Positions 18,840 through 28,717 of a stretch of DNA of 64,000 bases are shown here, in pieces. Source of the stretch: Flavobacteriaceae bacterium (GTDB lineage Bacteria; Bacteroidota; Bacteroidia; Flavobacteriales; Flavobacteriaceae). The translations under genes were made by a program, and so were the position numbers. Position 1 is the first letter of the stretch. Every line of letters begins with the position of its first letter. The stretch spans positions 2,096 to 66,095 of the forward strand of contig CBFIJI010000002.1 in the NCBI GenBank assembly GCA_965662885.1, read 5' to 3'. The notes below the pieces were generated by a model. The model had not been told where the DNA came from and did no database searches. It was given only the letters and a program-made list of their open reading frames with translations.

Positions 18840-19133
18840 TTAAGCATTCAATTTTAAAAGCATAATTATGACAACCAATACGAAAGACATTAATAAAATC
18901 CCTGAGGCAAATCGGTCCTGTTTGTAGCGGAGAGCAATAAAAAAAGCTGGAAGATTAATCAAAGCAGCCAGACTTATAAGTCCTCCTAATTTATTTTGTC
19001 GGTAAAAAAATCGGAGACTTTCTTCAAAGCTAACTTCAGATAAAAACACGACAATTAGAACCAACGAAATGGAGGTCCATAAACAACTAGAAATAATTCC
19101 TATAAGGAAATTCTTATTTTTTAAAAGTCCCAT
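18840..19133 (-). CDS. small membrane protein (3 predicted helices)
   Basis: 97 aa and hydrophobic throughout. It overlaps the surE 3' end by 13 nt and sits 12 nt upstream of lpxB. Confidence 0.5.
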   Translation of the reverse strand: MGLLKNKNFLIGIISSCLWTSISLVLIVVFLSEVSFEESLRFFYRQNKLGGLISLAALINLPAFFIALRYKQDRFASGILLMSFVLVVIIMLLKLNA

Positions 19134-19891
19134 GTATTGAGTTGTTGAATACTGTGGTGTGCCGTCAAATCAAATTGTGTGGGGACCACAGAGATATAGC
19201 CGTTTGCAAGTGCCCACTCGTCGGTATCTTGTCCCTTATCTTCATTGATGAATTTACCAGTCAACCAATAATAATCGCGTCCCTGTGGATTAGTTCTTTT
19301 ATCAAATTCCTCTACCCAATAGGCCTTCGCTTGACGACAAATTTTAACACCTTTTATTTCAGCTTCTTGTAGTTTTGGGAAATTAACATTCAAAACAACT
19401 CCCTCAGGAATTTTTTTGTTCAACGCCTCTAAAGTAATCTGTTTTACAAAGTTTTTTATCGCGTCAAAATCAGCACCCCAGCGGTAGTCCAAAAGTGAAA
19501 ATCCAATAGCGGGAATTCCTTCAATTCCTGCCTCCATTGCAGCACTCATGGTACCTGAATAAATAACATTAATGGAGGAATTGGAACCATGATTGATTCC
19601 TGAAACACAAAGATCTGGCTTTCGGTCAAGTAGTTCATTGACTGCAAGTTTTACACAATCTGCAGGAGTTCCCGAACAACTGTATTCTGGTTGATCCCCA
19701 TCCGCAACTTGAATTTTATTACAGTGCAAGGTGGAGTTGATGGTAATGGCGTGGCCCATTGCAGACTGAGGGCTATCAGGGGCCACCACGACAACATCTC
19801 CTATGGTTTTCATTACTTCAATCAAAGCACGTATTCCAGGAGCAGTTATTCCATCATCATTCGTGACTAATATAAGTGGCTTTTCACTCAT
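19121..19891 (-). CDS. surE: 5'/3'-nucleotidase SurE
   Basis: 256 aa with PLILVTNDDGITAPGI at the N-terminus and GINHGSN. Confidence 0.85.
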   Translation of the reverse strand: MSEKPLILVTNDDGITAPGIRALIEVMKTIGDVVVVAPDSPQSAMGHAITINSTLHCNKIQVADGDQPEYSCSGTPADCVKLAVNELLDRKPDLCVSGINHGSNSSINVIYSGTMSAAMEAGIEGIPAIGFSLLDYRWGADFDAIKNFVKQITLEALNKKIPEGVVLNVNFPKLQEAEIKGVKICRQAKAYWVEEFDKRTNPQGRDYYWLTGKFINEDKGQDTDEWALANGYISVVPTQFDLTAHHSIQQLNTWDF

Positions 19892-20001
19892 TACTTTTGT
19901 TTGCTAAAATACAAAATATAAGAAGCCGTTTCTTTTAAAAGAACATTAACAAAATATTTTTAAGATTATGATTACCTTTATAAGCTTAATAAATCTTAGT
20001 T

Positions 20002-22128
20002 ATGCGCATATACGGTTGGATATTTTCTTTTTTGCTGGTGAGTTGTTTGGTATTTGGTTATACTACGATTAATTCAAATAATTCTGACAAAGACAAACTA
20101 CTTTTAGAAATCATTACATATGTTTTGGATCGGGGTCACTTTGACCCAAAAGAAATTGACGATTCTTTTTCTGAAAATGTTTATATGAATTTTTTAGAGG
20201 GTATCGATAGTCATCGGTTTTTCCTTCGTTCAGATATTAACTTATTTAATCGGTATCGAAAAGAAATTGACGATCAGATAAAAAAATCTGACATCACTTT
20301 TTTTAATACCGTTTATGATCAATTAATTGAACGCCAAAAATTAGTTGAAAGTTTTTACAAAGAACTATTGGAAACACCTTTTGATTTTTCAAAAGAGGAA
20401 AGTGTATCATTGAATTATGAAAAACTACCTTATGCAAATTCGATTACTTCACTTAAAGACCTTTGGAGAAAACGACTAAAACTCAATACACTTGATCGTT
20501 ATGCCTCTAAAAAAGAGGAAGAACAAAACAAATTCAAAAAAGACAGTACCTATACAGTTAAATCAGATATTGAAATTGAAAAAGAAGCTCGAGAAATTAT
20601 CTTAGATAACATGAAAGGACTGTTTGAAAACTTTAACGAATTAGAACGTAAAGACTGGTTTGCTATTTACGTCAACTCAATAGTAGCGCAATTTGACCCC
20701 CACACTTTTTATTTTGCCCCTGCACAAAAAGACCGTTTTGATACCGATATGTCTGGAAAATTTGAAGGTATTGGAGCACGTCTTCAAAAGCGGAATCAAG
20801 AAGTTAAAATCGTAGAGGTCATTTCGGGTGGTCCTGTGTGGAGAGGTAAGCTCCTAGAAGTTGGAGATATCATCCTCAAGGTCGCTCAAAGTGAGGAAGA
20901 AGAAGCTGTTGAAATATCAGCAATGCGCCTTGATGATGCGGTTAAATTAATTAAGGGTCCTAAGGACACTAATGTTTTCCTCACCATTAAACATGTCGAT
21001 GGGACAATTGATGTTGTAACAGTAAAACGAGATGTTGTCGAATTAGGAGAAACCTATGCCAAGTCTTCGGTGATTATTGATAATGATAAAAAATATGGAT
21101 TTATTGAACTGCCCAAGTTTTATATTGATTTCAGTGACTATGGCCAACGAAACGCCGCAACAGATGTAAAAAGTGAAATTGAACAATTGAAAACAAAAAA
21201 TATTGAAGGCTTGATCCTTGATTTACGAAATAACGGTGGAGGTTCTTTAAAAACAGTGGTCGATATGACGGGTTATTTCATTGAAAAAGGACCTGTAGTA
21301 CAGGTAAAAAGTACTGGAGGCGCAAAAGAAGTTTTAAGTGATGACGATCCTAGTATCGTTTGGGATGGGCCCTTAGTTATTTTAGTTAATGAACTATCGG
21401 CTTCTGCTTCAGAAATTCTTGCTGCTGCCCTACAGGATTACAAGCGGGCAATTGTTTTAGGAAGTAAGCAAACCTATGGTAAAGGCACAGTTCAAAATGT
21501 GGTTGATTTAAACCGCATTGTTTCCAGTAATACCTACGGTGATTTGGGTGCACTTAAAATTACAACAGATAAATTTTATCGTGTTAATGGACAATCTACC
21601 CAATTGGAAGGAGTTAAAAGTGATGTTGTTTTCCCAGATCGTTATGCCTATATCGAAATGGGCGAAAAAGATCAAGACAATCCCTTAGCATGGGATAGAA
21701 TCGATGCGACCCCTTTTGTTTCTTTTGACAAAATGCAGAATTATGATTACACCATTGCCAGAAGTAAGCAACGCTTAGAAAACAATACTTATATCCAATT
21801 GATTGATGAACAAGCGAAATGGATTAAAAAGCAACGGGATGATTTTGACTATTCATTAAACTATAAAACCTTTGTTTCTGAGCGAGAGTCCAATGAGGAA
21901 TATACTGCTAAATTTAAAAAATTAAATGACTTTACTTCCCCCTTTGAATTTGAATGGTTGCCAGAAGCGAATGGTCAGATCAAAGAGGATGAAGACTTAG
22001 AAGAAAAGAAAAAGCGTTGGATTAATGCCTTAAAAAAAGATATTTACATCTCCGAGTCCATTCAAATTTTAAAAGATCTCAGTACGCCCATTGGGAGTTT
22101 GCCTAAGGTGGCTCAGATCAAAAAATAA
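20002..22128 (+). CDS. ctp: carboxy-terminal processing (tail-specific) peptidase, S41 family
   Basis: 708 aa with a PDZ segment (GIGARL...GGPVWRGKLLEVGDIIL). The S41 catalytic region contains DLRNNGGGSL, VNELSASASEILA and YGKGTVQ. Confidence 0.85.
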   Translation: MRIYGWIFSFLLVSCLVFGYTTINSNNSDKDKLLLEIITYVLDRGHFDPKEIDDSFSENVYMNFLEGIDSHRFFLRSDINLFNRYRKEIDDQIKKSDITFFNTVYDQLIERQKLVESFYKELLETPFDFSKEESVSLNYEKLPYANSITSLKDLWRKRLKLNTLDRYASKKEEEQNKFKKDSTYTVKSDIEIEKEAREIILDNMKGLFENFNELERKDWFAIYVNSIVAQFDPHTFYFAPAQKDRFDTDMSGKFEGIGARLQKRNQEVKIVEVISGGPVWRGKLLEVGDIILKVAQSEEEEAVEISAMRLDDAVKLIKGPKDTNVFLTIKHVDGTIDVVTVKRDVVELGETYAKSSVIIDNDKKYGFIELPKFYIDFSDYGQRNAATDVKSEIEQLKTKNIEGLILDLRNNGGGSLKTVVDMTGYFIEKGPVVQVKSTGGAKEVLSDDDPSIVWDGPLVILVNELSASASEILAAALQDYKRAIVLGSKQTYGKGTVQNVVDLNRIVSSNTYGDLGALKITTDKFYRVNGQSTQLEGVKSDVVFPDRYAYIEMGEKDQDNPLAWDRIDATPFVSFDKMQNYDYTIARSKQRLENNTYIQLIDEQAKWIKKQRDDFDYSLNYKTFVSERESNEEYTAKFKKLNDFTSPFEFEWLPEANGQIKEDEDLEEKKKRWINALKKDIYISESIQILKDLSTPIGSLPKVAQIKK

Positions 22129-22142
22129 TTCGGATAAAACAC

Positions 22143-23219
22143 GTGAATCCTATTTTTATCAAAAAATTCACAAAAGGATTTTGGGGTATAGCCAGCTTAC
22201 TCTATATATTTTTGGTGCTTTTGGTGGCTGTTTTTGCCTATGTCATATCTCCTGATAAAACTCAAAATGGCAATCAAATGCATTTATCAATTCATTCGAA
22301 GCCCCCTGGTTTTACGACTCAATTGCTCCGAATTCCGCAAGCTTCTGATAAAAAAAAGACTTCCTCCTTTTTTTCGGGTAATTTAAACACGGATGAAGAA
22401 ATTCCTTTAAACAGCTATCGATTATTGGAAGATGGAATTGAATATCAAGCCTTTGGAACAACAACTTCTGTGTATGAAAAGGTTCCTTTAACACGTTTTC
22501 CAAAAGGCACAACGCCCAATGCAATCCCACAGCAGTATATTGAAAAACGATTTTTTCCTTTGGGAACGGATAAATATGGACGGGATCTATTGAGCCGGCT
22601 TATAATTGGCTCTCGAATTTCATTTTCCATTGGCTTTGTCGCTGTTTTTATTTCCTTAAGTATTGGTATTTTCTTTGGTGCAATAGCCGGTTATTTTGGC
22701 GGTTGGGTAGATCGAATTATTCTTTGGTTGGTTAATGTAGTATGGTCCATTCCAACCCTTCTTATGGTGATTGCAATTACGCTAGCTTTAGGGAGAGGTT
22801 TTTGGCAGGTTTTTATTGCGGTTGGGCTAACAATGTGGGTTGAGGTAGCTCGTTTAGTTCGCGGACAGGTGAAGTCTGCAAAGGAAAAATTATATGTTCA
22901 TGCGGCCACTGCCTTGGGTTTTTCCCAACTTAGAATCCTTTGGGTTCATATCATGCCAGCAGTAATTGCTCCGCTTATTGTCATTTCTGCTTCTAATTTT
23001 GCAAGTGCCATTCTTTTGGAAAGTGGTTTGAGTTTTTTAGGAATTGGTGCGCAACCACCGATGCCGAGTTGGGGGGGTATGATCAAAGATCATTTTCGTT
23101 ATCTACTCCTCGGAAAACCTTATTTAGCGATCCTGCCAGGATTGGCAATTATGACTTTAGTCCTTGCTTTTATGATGTTAGGGAACCGTTTACGAGATGC
23201 TTTAGATGTAAAAAATTAG
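22143..23219 (+). CDS. ABC transporter permease, DppC/OppC type (orphan)
   Basis: 358 aa with a GTG start, an N-terminal TM helix followed by a long loop, and the EAA-type motif AATALGFSQLRILWVHIMPAVIAP. No ATPase, partner permease or binding protein lies nearby. Confidence 0.75.
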   Translation: MNPIFIKKFTKGFWGIASLLYIFLVLLVAVFAYVISPDKTQNGNQMHLSIHSKPPGFTTQLLRIPQASDKKKTSSFFSGNLNTDEEIPLNSYRLLEDGIEYQAFGTTTSVYEKVPLTRFPKGTTPNAIPQQYIEKRFFPLGTDKYGRDLLSRLIIGSRISFSIGFVAVFISLSIGIFFGAIAGYFGGWVDRIILWLVNVVWSIPTLLMVIAITLALGRGFWQVFIAVGLTMWVEVARLVRGQVKSAKEKLYVHAATALGFSQLRILWVHIMPAVIAPLIVISASNFASAILLESGLSFLGIGAQPPMPSWGGMIKDHFRYLLLGKPYLAILPGLAIMTLVLAFMMLGNRLRDALDVKN

Positions 23220-23220
23220 A

Positions 23221-24489
23221 TTACCACTCATTTAAACGATGGGCATCAAAATTTAAATGAATAAATAAAAAAATACTAAACGCCAGTAAGTTTGACCCAC
23301 CATAACTGACAAAAGGGAGGGGAATTCCAACAGTAGGAACAAGTCCAAGGGTCATTCCTATATTGATGAAAAAATGGACAAATAACATACTTGCGAAGCC
23401 ATAAGAAAAAATGCGCCTAAAGGCATTGGTTTGTTTTTCTGCCTTAATAATAACTCTAAAAATCAACAGTGCAAAAGCCAAGATTAAAAGAGAACTCCCC
23501 ACAAAACCCCATTCTTCACCAATCGTGCTAAAAATATAATCGGTGTGTTGTTCTGGAACAAACTTTCCTTTGGTCTGTGTCCCTTTTAAAAAACCTTTTC
23601 CAGAAAATCCACCAGAGCCAATAGCAATTTTTGATTGGTTGGTATTATACCCAATACCCTGATTATCTGTTTCAATACCTAAAATAATATTAAAACGATC
23701 GCGATGTCGTTGTTCAAAAACAGAATTAAAGATAAAGTCAACAGAAAAAGAAAAGCCTATGGTAAGGAGCAGCACCACAAAAAAGGGTAAAACCTTGAGC
23801 TTTTTTCTTTTCCTTCTTATTAAGAAATAGCAAAGGATAACCCCTGAAAAAAGAAATAAGCTCACATTATAGGCATTAAACAGAAGTACCATGATAAATA
23901 AGAAAAGCATTACTCCAGAAATCAATAGAATTCGGAGATCCATTCCTTCTCGAATCATCACAAAAAACAAACCACTAAATACAATAACAGAGCCAGCGTC
24001 TGGTTGCATCAAAATCAGTAGCGAGGGCAGTCCTATTAGAAAACTTATTTTTAAAATGGATTTTAATTTTCTTAAATCTGTTTGGAAGGAACTTATTTGA
24101 GCCCCTACAACCATTGTTGTGGCAATTTTTGCAAATTCCGATGGTTGTATGCTAATTCCTCCCAGCACATACCACGAAGTAGCTCCAGAAATATTTTTTC
24201 CAAAGAGAAATAAGCCAATCAAGCTTACCAATGAAATTCCAAAGACGATATAGGAAATATTTTCAAAAAGATTGGGTTTAAATAAAAGGATTGGAACAAA
24301 GACGATAAGAGAAAAGGCAAAAAACAAAATTTGTTTTCCTGCCGGTGTACCAAGGTCCAAAACATCCGTAAAACTTTGTTCAAAGGACGTTGAATAGACA
24401 TTGGAAATACCAAAAACGACCAAGATTATGTATAAAAATAAGGTTAGCCAATCTAGACGATATAGTATACTGTTATTCATTGATCTCAA
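23221..24489 (-). CDS. rodA: rod shape-determining protein RodA (SEDS family)
   Basis: 422 aa polytopic protein with the QPSEFAKI motif. It overlaps the mrdA 3' end by 17 nt. Confidence 0.85.
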   Translation of the reverse strand: MRSMNNSILYRLDWLTLFLYIILVVFGISNVYSTSFEQSFTDVLDLGTPAGKQILFFAFSLIVFVPILLFKPNLFENISYIVFGISLVSLIGLFLFGKNISGATSWYVLGGISIQPSEFAKIATTMVVGAQISSFQTDLRKLKSILKISFLIGLPSLLILMQPDAGSVIVFSGLFFVMIREGMDLRILLISGVMLFLFIMVLLFNAYNVSLFLFSGVILCYFLIRRKRKKLKVLPFFVVLLLTIGFSFSVDFIFNSVFEQRHRDRFNIILGIETDNQGIGYNTNQSKIAIGSGGFSGKGFLKGTQTKGKFVPEQHTDYIFSTIGEEWGFVGSSLLILAFALLIFRVIIKAEKQTNAFRRIFSYGFASMLFVHFFINIGMTLGLVPTVGIPLPFVSYGGSNLLAFSIFLFIHLNFDAHRLNEW

Positions 24490-26335
24490 AGGGTACCCCT
24501 AAATAGGGTTTTTCATATTCTGACATCAAACTTCCGTTGACCATTCTATTTTCCAACCATTTTCTTTTAACTTGTTTGGTCAAGTGTTTTTCAATCATCA
24601 AACTTGCTATAGGTGCAGCCCAACGTCCTCCCCAATAGCCGTTTTCTACAAATACAGCAAGCGCAATTTGAGGATCGTCTTTTGGCGCAAATGCAATAAA
24701 CATGGAATGATCTGTCAATTGTGTTTTTACACTATCAATTTTGATAAAATTTTCGACAGTTCCAGTTTTTCCGCAGACTTCAATACCTTTTATTTTGGCA
24801 ATCCTAGCCGTGCCAAATTCCACTACTTGATGCATCCCTTCAACAACGATTTCAAAGTTTTCTCTATCAATGGTGGTTTGCTTTTTTGGATACAAAGAAT
24901 CTCTTTTTTTAGCGTCTTTAATATGGACAAAATGTGGTTTGATGTAATACCCTCTATTAGCGATTGCAGCGGTAAAATTGGCCATTTGAATGGGCGTGGT
25001 TAAAATTTCCCCCTGTCCAATAGCATTGGAAATGATGGTGGGGGCTTTCCATCCTCCTGATGGATACCAATAATCGTAATAAGTACCATCGGGGATTAAC
25101 CCAGGTCGACCAACAGGAAGATCATAACCAAGATAATTTCCTAAACCAAAACTACTTAGGTGAGCTTTCCATCGGTCAACAGCCTCTTTTGGTGTGGGGT
25201 AAGCTTCAACAATTCCTTTATATGTTTTTCCAAAATAACTATTGCAGGAATTTTTTATCCCTTGCATTAAATTATTTCGTGATCCCCTTCGACAATGGCA
25301 GGCCATAAAAGCTCCTCGTGCATAATAATGACCAGCATTACATGTAAAAGTCGTTTCTGGTGTAATTACGTTCTCTTGTAAGGCAATCAAAGCATTTAAG
25401 GTTTTAAAAGGGGAGCCGGGAGCGTATTCTGCCTGTAGCCCTCGATCAAATAAAGGTTTGCCTACAGTATCTTTTAAAAGTTTTCGATAGTTTTTGGATC
25501 GTTTTCTTCCCACCAATAAGTTGGGGTCATAACTTGGAGCAGTTATTAAGGCAAGAATCTCTCCAGTTTTAGGTTCAATAGCAACAATACCTCCACGTTT
25601 GTTTTGAAGGAGTTCTTGTCCATATTGCTGAAGTTCAGCATCAATAGAGAGGGTAATGTTATCGGCATTTTCAGGGGGGATATCAGAACTTCCATTTTCA
25701 TAAGACCCAAGAATACGATTAAAGCGATCTTTTTGAAAATAACGCACACCTTTTTTTCCGCGAAGTTGTTTTTCATAACTTTTTTCAATCCCCTGGCGCC
25801 CTATGAGTTCTCCCAAGCTATAGTAACTTTCACTTTTAAGTTCGTATTGATTGACTTCACTGATATATCCCAACACATTCGAAGCAATGGGATAACGATA
25901 ATCTCTGACAGATTTTTTTTGAAGATAAAATCCAGGATATTTCCAAATCTTTTCTAATAGGAGCGCACTTTGTTCTTTAGACAGTAAAGGGACAATAATG
26001 GACGGTAGTTTTCTTGAAAAAAACTGGGCCTTTCTCAGACTTTTTTTGAGTGCTTCGGTTGTAATGCTAAGGATGGCAGCAATCTCTAAAGAATCAAAAG
26101 GGGCTATATTTTCAGGAATAGCCATAAGGTCATAAGCAGGTTGGTTGGCGACTAGCAATTGACCGTTTCGATCATAAATCAGTCCTCGTTCAGGAAAAAT
26201 AGGACGTTCAATTATGGCATTGTTTTCTGACAACTTTTTATAACGTGGATTAACGAGTTGAATGCTTATTAATTGAACAATAAACAAAAAAGAACTCAAG
26301 CCTGTAAAACCCAATAAAATAAATTTTCGTGTCAT
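24473..26335 (-). CDS. mrdA: penicillin-binding protein 2 (transpeptidase)
   Basis: 620 aa with SxxK (GSPFKT), SxN (SCNSYF) and KTG (CGKTGTV) motifs. Confidence 0.9.
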   Translation of the reverse strand: MTRKFILLGFTGLSSFLFIVQLISIQLVNPRYKKLSENNAIIERPIFPERGLIYDRNGQLLVANQPAYDLMAIPENIAPFDSLEIAAILSITTEALKKSLRKAQFFSRKLPSIIVPLLSKEQSALLLEKIWKYPGFYLQKKSVRDYRYPIASNVLGYISEVNQYELKSESYYSLGELIGRQGIEKSYEKQLRGKKGVRYFQKDRFNRILGSYENGSSDIPPENADNITLSIDAELQQYGQELLQNKRGGIVAIEPKTGEILALITAPSYDPNLLVGRKRSKNYRKLLKDTVGKPLFDRGLQAEYAPGSPFKTLNALIALQENVITPETTFTCNAGHYYARGAFMACHCRRGSRNNLMQGIKNSCNSYFGKTYKGIVEAYPTPKEAVDRWKAHLSSFGLGNYLGYDLPVGRPGLIPDGTYYDYWYPSGGWKAPTIISNAIGQGEILTTPIQMANFTAAIANRGYYIKPHFVHIKDAKKRDSLYPKKQTTIDRENFEIVVEGMHQVVEFGTARIAKIKGIEVCGKTGTVENFIKIDSVKTQLTDHSMFIAFAPKDDPQIALAVFVENGYWGGRWAAPIASLMIEKHLTKQVKRKWLENRMVNGSLMSEYEKPYLGVPFEINE

Positions 26336-26838
26336 TTGCTCGGTTTATAAAAACGCATCATAATCCATATAAGAAGAATAGAAAATAAGCTAGTTGTCAA
26401 GGTATGTTTGATGATAATAATGGTATTCTCCGTATTAAAATAAACACTTATAAAATAGATTAAATGATGAAGGAAAACAAAAAGTAAGACATATAAAATT
26501 TTATTTCTAATTCTTGGTTCATCTCTAATCGTCAAACTCTGAACTTTTGTTTTAAAGCCAAAGATTACACCGATAATGGCAGGTCGAATAAAACAAATGG
26601 TTAGTGAAGCTATGGTATGAGCGCCCCCTCCTTGAGAAAAAAGATCGATAGAAAGTCCCATCAAAAATCCTAAAAAGATATAAACGGTCTGATTGAGGTA
26701 AAAAGGGAATAAGAGTAAAAACAAGAGATAAATCATGGGATTGAGGTACCCAAAAAGATTAATATTGTTCATGACCAAAATCTGAAGAAGAATTAAGGTG
26801 ATAAACCGAATACTATATTTTCGATAATTCTGAATCAT
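26332..26838 (-). CDS. mreD: rod shape-determining protein MreD
   Basis: 168 aa polytopic protein. Its 4-nt overlaps with both mreC and mrdA match the canonical gene order. Confidence 0.75.
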   Translation of the reverse strand: MIQNYRKYSIRFITLILLQILVMNNINLFGYLNPMIYLLFLLLFPFYLNQTVYIFLGFLMGLSIDLFSQGGGAHTIASLTICFIRPAIIGVIFGFKTKVQSLTIRDEPRIRNKILYVLLFVFLHHLIYFISVYFNTENTIIIIKHTLTTSLFSILLIWIMMRFYKPSK

Positions 26839-27653
26839 TTTTCTTCCTTATCAATTAGTGTTTTTATTTCATCGTAATTCAAGTTTTCAATGACATATAC
26901 GAAGTTAAACTGTGTTGGGTCGTTAAAGAGGGATACTTTTATTTCGTGATAGCCTTGAGTTAGTGGAGTTTTTACATCAACGATTTTTCCAATTGGAATC
27001 CCCAATGGGAAATAGGCTGACATTCCTCCAGATATAATAGTATCACCAACATTTACGGGATAAATGGAAACGATATCATCTAAAAGCATTTCTTTTGGGT
27101 TAGTTCCATCCCAACGCAAAGAACCAAAACTAGTGTTGTTTTTAAAGCGGGCATTAATACGTATTTCATTGTTTAGAATGGAAATAACACTAGCGTAGTT
27201 GGCTGTTACTTGATTGACGATTCCTACAATACCATTGGCATTAATCACCCCCATCTCGGGTTGAATACCGTCATTACTTCCTTGATTGATTACCAAGTAG
27301 TTTCGCGCCAATTGATGGCTATTTTTAATTACTTGAGCCTTTTTTACTTCAAAAGGGAAATTGGATTGGGAAGCATTATTGGATAGAAATGTTTGCTCAA
27401 AATAAGAGAGGGTTAATTTTTTTAGTGCATTGTTTTCTTCAACGAGTTGATCAACTTTTTGTTTTAGTGCAAAATAACCAGTAACTAAGCTACCAACTTG
27501 GTAAATCCCTCCTGATATTCCAAGACTTATTTTATTGAGTTGTGTTTGGTGATAGTAACTTCTGTTTCCAAGAAAGACCGTTGAAAACGATAGTAATAGA
27601 AGATAGAGAATAAGGTTTTTATACCGAACGAACAGACTTATAATTCGTTGCAT
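26835..27653 (-). CDS. mreC: rod shape-determining protein MreC
   Basis: 272 aa with an N-terminal anchor and coiled coil. The C-terminal region contains GGMSAYFPLGIPIGKI. Confidence 0.8.
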   Translation of the reverse strand: MQRIISLFVRYKNLILYLLLLSFSTVFLGNRSYYHQTQLNKISLGISGGIYQVGSLVTGYFALKQKVDQLVEENNALKKLTLSYFEQTFLSNNASQSNFPFEVKKAQVIKNSHQLARNYLVINQGSNDGIQPEMGVINANGIVGIVNQVTANYASVISILNNEIRINARFKNNTSFGSLRWDGTNPKEMLLDDIVSIYPVNVGDTIISGGMSAYFPLGIPIGKIVDVKTPLTQGYHEIKVSLFNDPTQFNFVYVIENLNYDEIKTLIDKEEK

Positions 27654-27660
27654 TTATTCC

Positions 27661-28680
27661 TTATTTTATCAAGACCGTTTTATAACGTTCTAAATTTTTA
27701 AGGGCGATCCCAGTTCCTCGGACTACAGCTTCTAGGGGGTCTTCGGCAACATAAACAGGGAGGTCAGTTTTTTGAGATAAACGTTTATCTAAACCTCGAA
27801 GTAATGCACCACCACCAGCAAGATAAATCCCCGTATTATAAATATCTGCAGCCAATTCAGGTGGTGTTTGTGAAAGGGCTTCCATAATAGCATCTTCAAT
27901 GCGTACAATTGACTTATCCAATGCACGAGCAATTTCAACATAGGAAATAATGGCTTGCTTTGGTTTTCCAGTCAACAAGTCTCTTCCTTGTACTGACATT
28001 TCTTCTGGTGGGTCATCCAGTTTTTCCATGGCACTACCCACAATAATTTTAATTTTTTCAGCGGTACGTTCTCCAACAAATAAATTGTTTTTTGCTCGCA
28101 TAAAACTGATGATATCATTTGTAAAGACATCCCCAGCAATTTTAATAGACCGATCACAAACAATTCCTGAAAGTGCAATGACTGCAATCTCTGTCGTTCC
28201 TCCTCCAATATCAACAATCATATTTCCACGGGGCTGAACAATATCAATTCCAATTCCGATGGCGGCGGCCATGGGTTCATGGATTAAATACACTTCTTTT
28301 CCATTTACACGTTCTGCAGATTCTTTTACTGCTCGCATCTCTACTTCTGTAATTCCTGACGGGATACAAATAACCATACGGAGGGAAGGTGTGAAAAACC
28401 GCCTCTTTAACGATGGAATACTTTTTATCAGTCGATTAATCATTTGTTCAGAAGCATTGAAATCAGCAATAACCCCATCCTTTAACGGACGAATGGTACG
28501 AATATTTTCATGCGTTTTACCTTGCATCATGCTGGCTTCTTCGCCAATTGCTATGACTTTTCCACTATTTCGGTCTATAGCAACTATGGAGGGACTGTCA
28601 ACAACTACTTTGTCATTATGAATAATCAATGTATTCGCGGTACCTAAATCAATTGCTATTTCTTCTGTAAAGAATCCCAT
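27661..28680 (-). CDS. mreB: rod shape-determining protein MreB
   Basis: 339 aa with actin-fold motifs IAIDLGTANTLI and VDIGGGTTEIAV. Confidence 0.95.
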   Translation of the reverse strand: MGFFTEEIAIDLGTANTLIIHNDKVVVDSPSIVAIDRNSGKVIAIGEEASMMQGKTHENIRTIRPLKDGVIADFNASEQMINRLIKSIPSLKRRFFTPSLRMVICIPSGITEVEMRAVKESAERVNGKEVYLIHEPMAAAIGIGIDIVQPRGNMIVDIGGGTTEIAVIALSGIVCDRSIKIAGDVFTNDIISFMRAKNNLFVGERTAEKIKIIVGSAMEKLDDPPEEMSVQGRDLLTGKPKQAIISYVEIARALDKSIVRIEDAIMEALSQTPPELAADIYNTGIYLAGGGALLRGLDKRLSQKTDLPVYVAEDPLEAVVRGTGIALKNLERYKTVLIK

Positions 28681-28703
28681 TTATTTTACAACTTGTTTGT
28701 TTG

Positions 28704-28711
28704 CAAAGTTA
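28704..28711 (-). promoter_or_regulatory. -7 box (TAACTTTG) for mreB
   Basis: Exact TAnnTTTG on the minus strand in the 37-nt purH-mreB gap. Its final G lies 24 nt upstream of the mreB ATG. Confidence 0.4.
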
Positions 28712-28717
28712 GATAAA

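Noticed and set aside
24572-28621. Antisense ORFs lie within mrdA (24572..25003, 25060..25308, 25604..25957) and mreB (27950..28237, 28259..28621). A second same-strand ORF lies at 27972..28217.
   Set aside because: All are fully contained in well-supported conserved genes. They have no independent signals, and their compositions are typical of out-of-frame or antisense readthrough.
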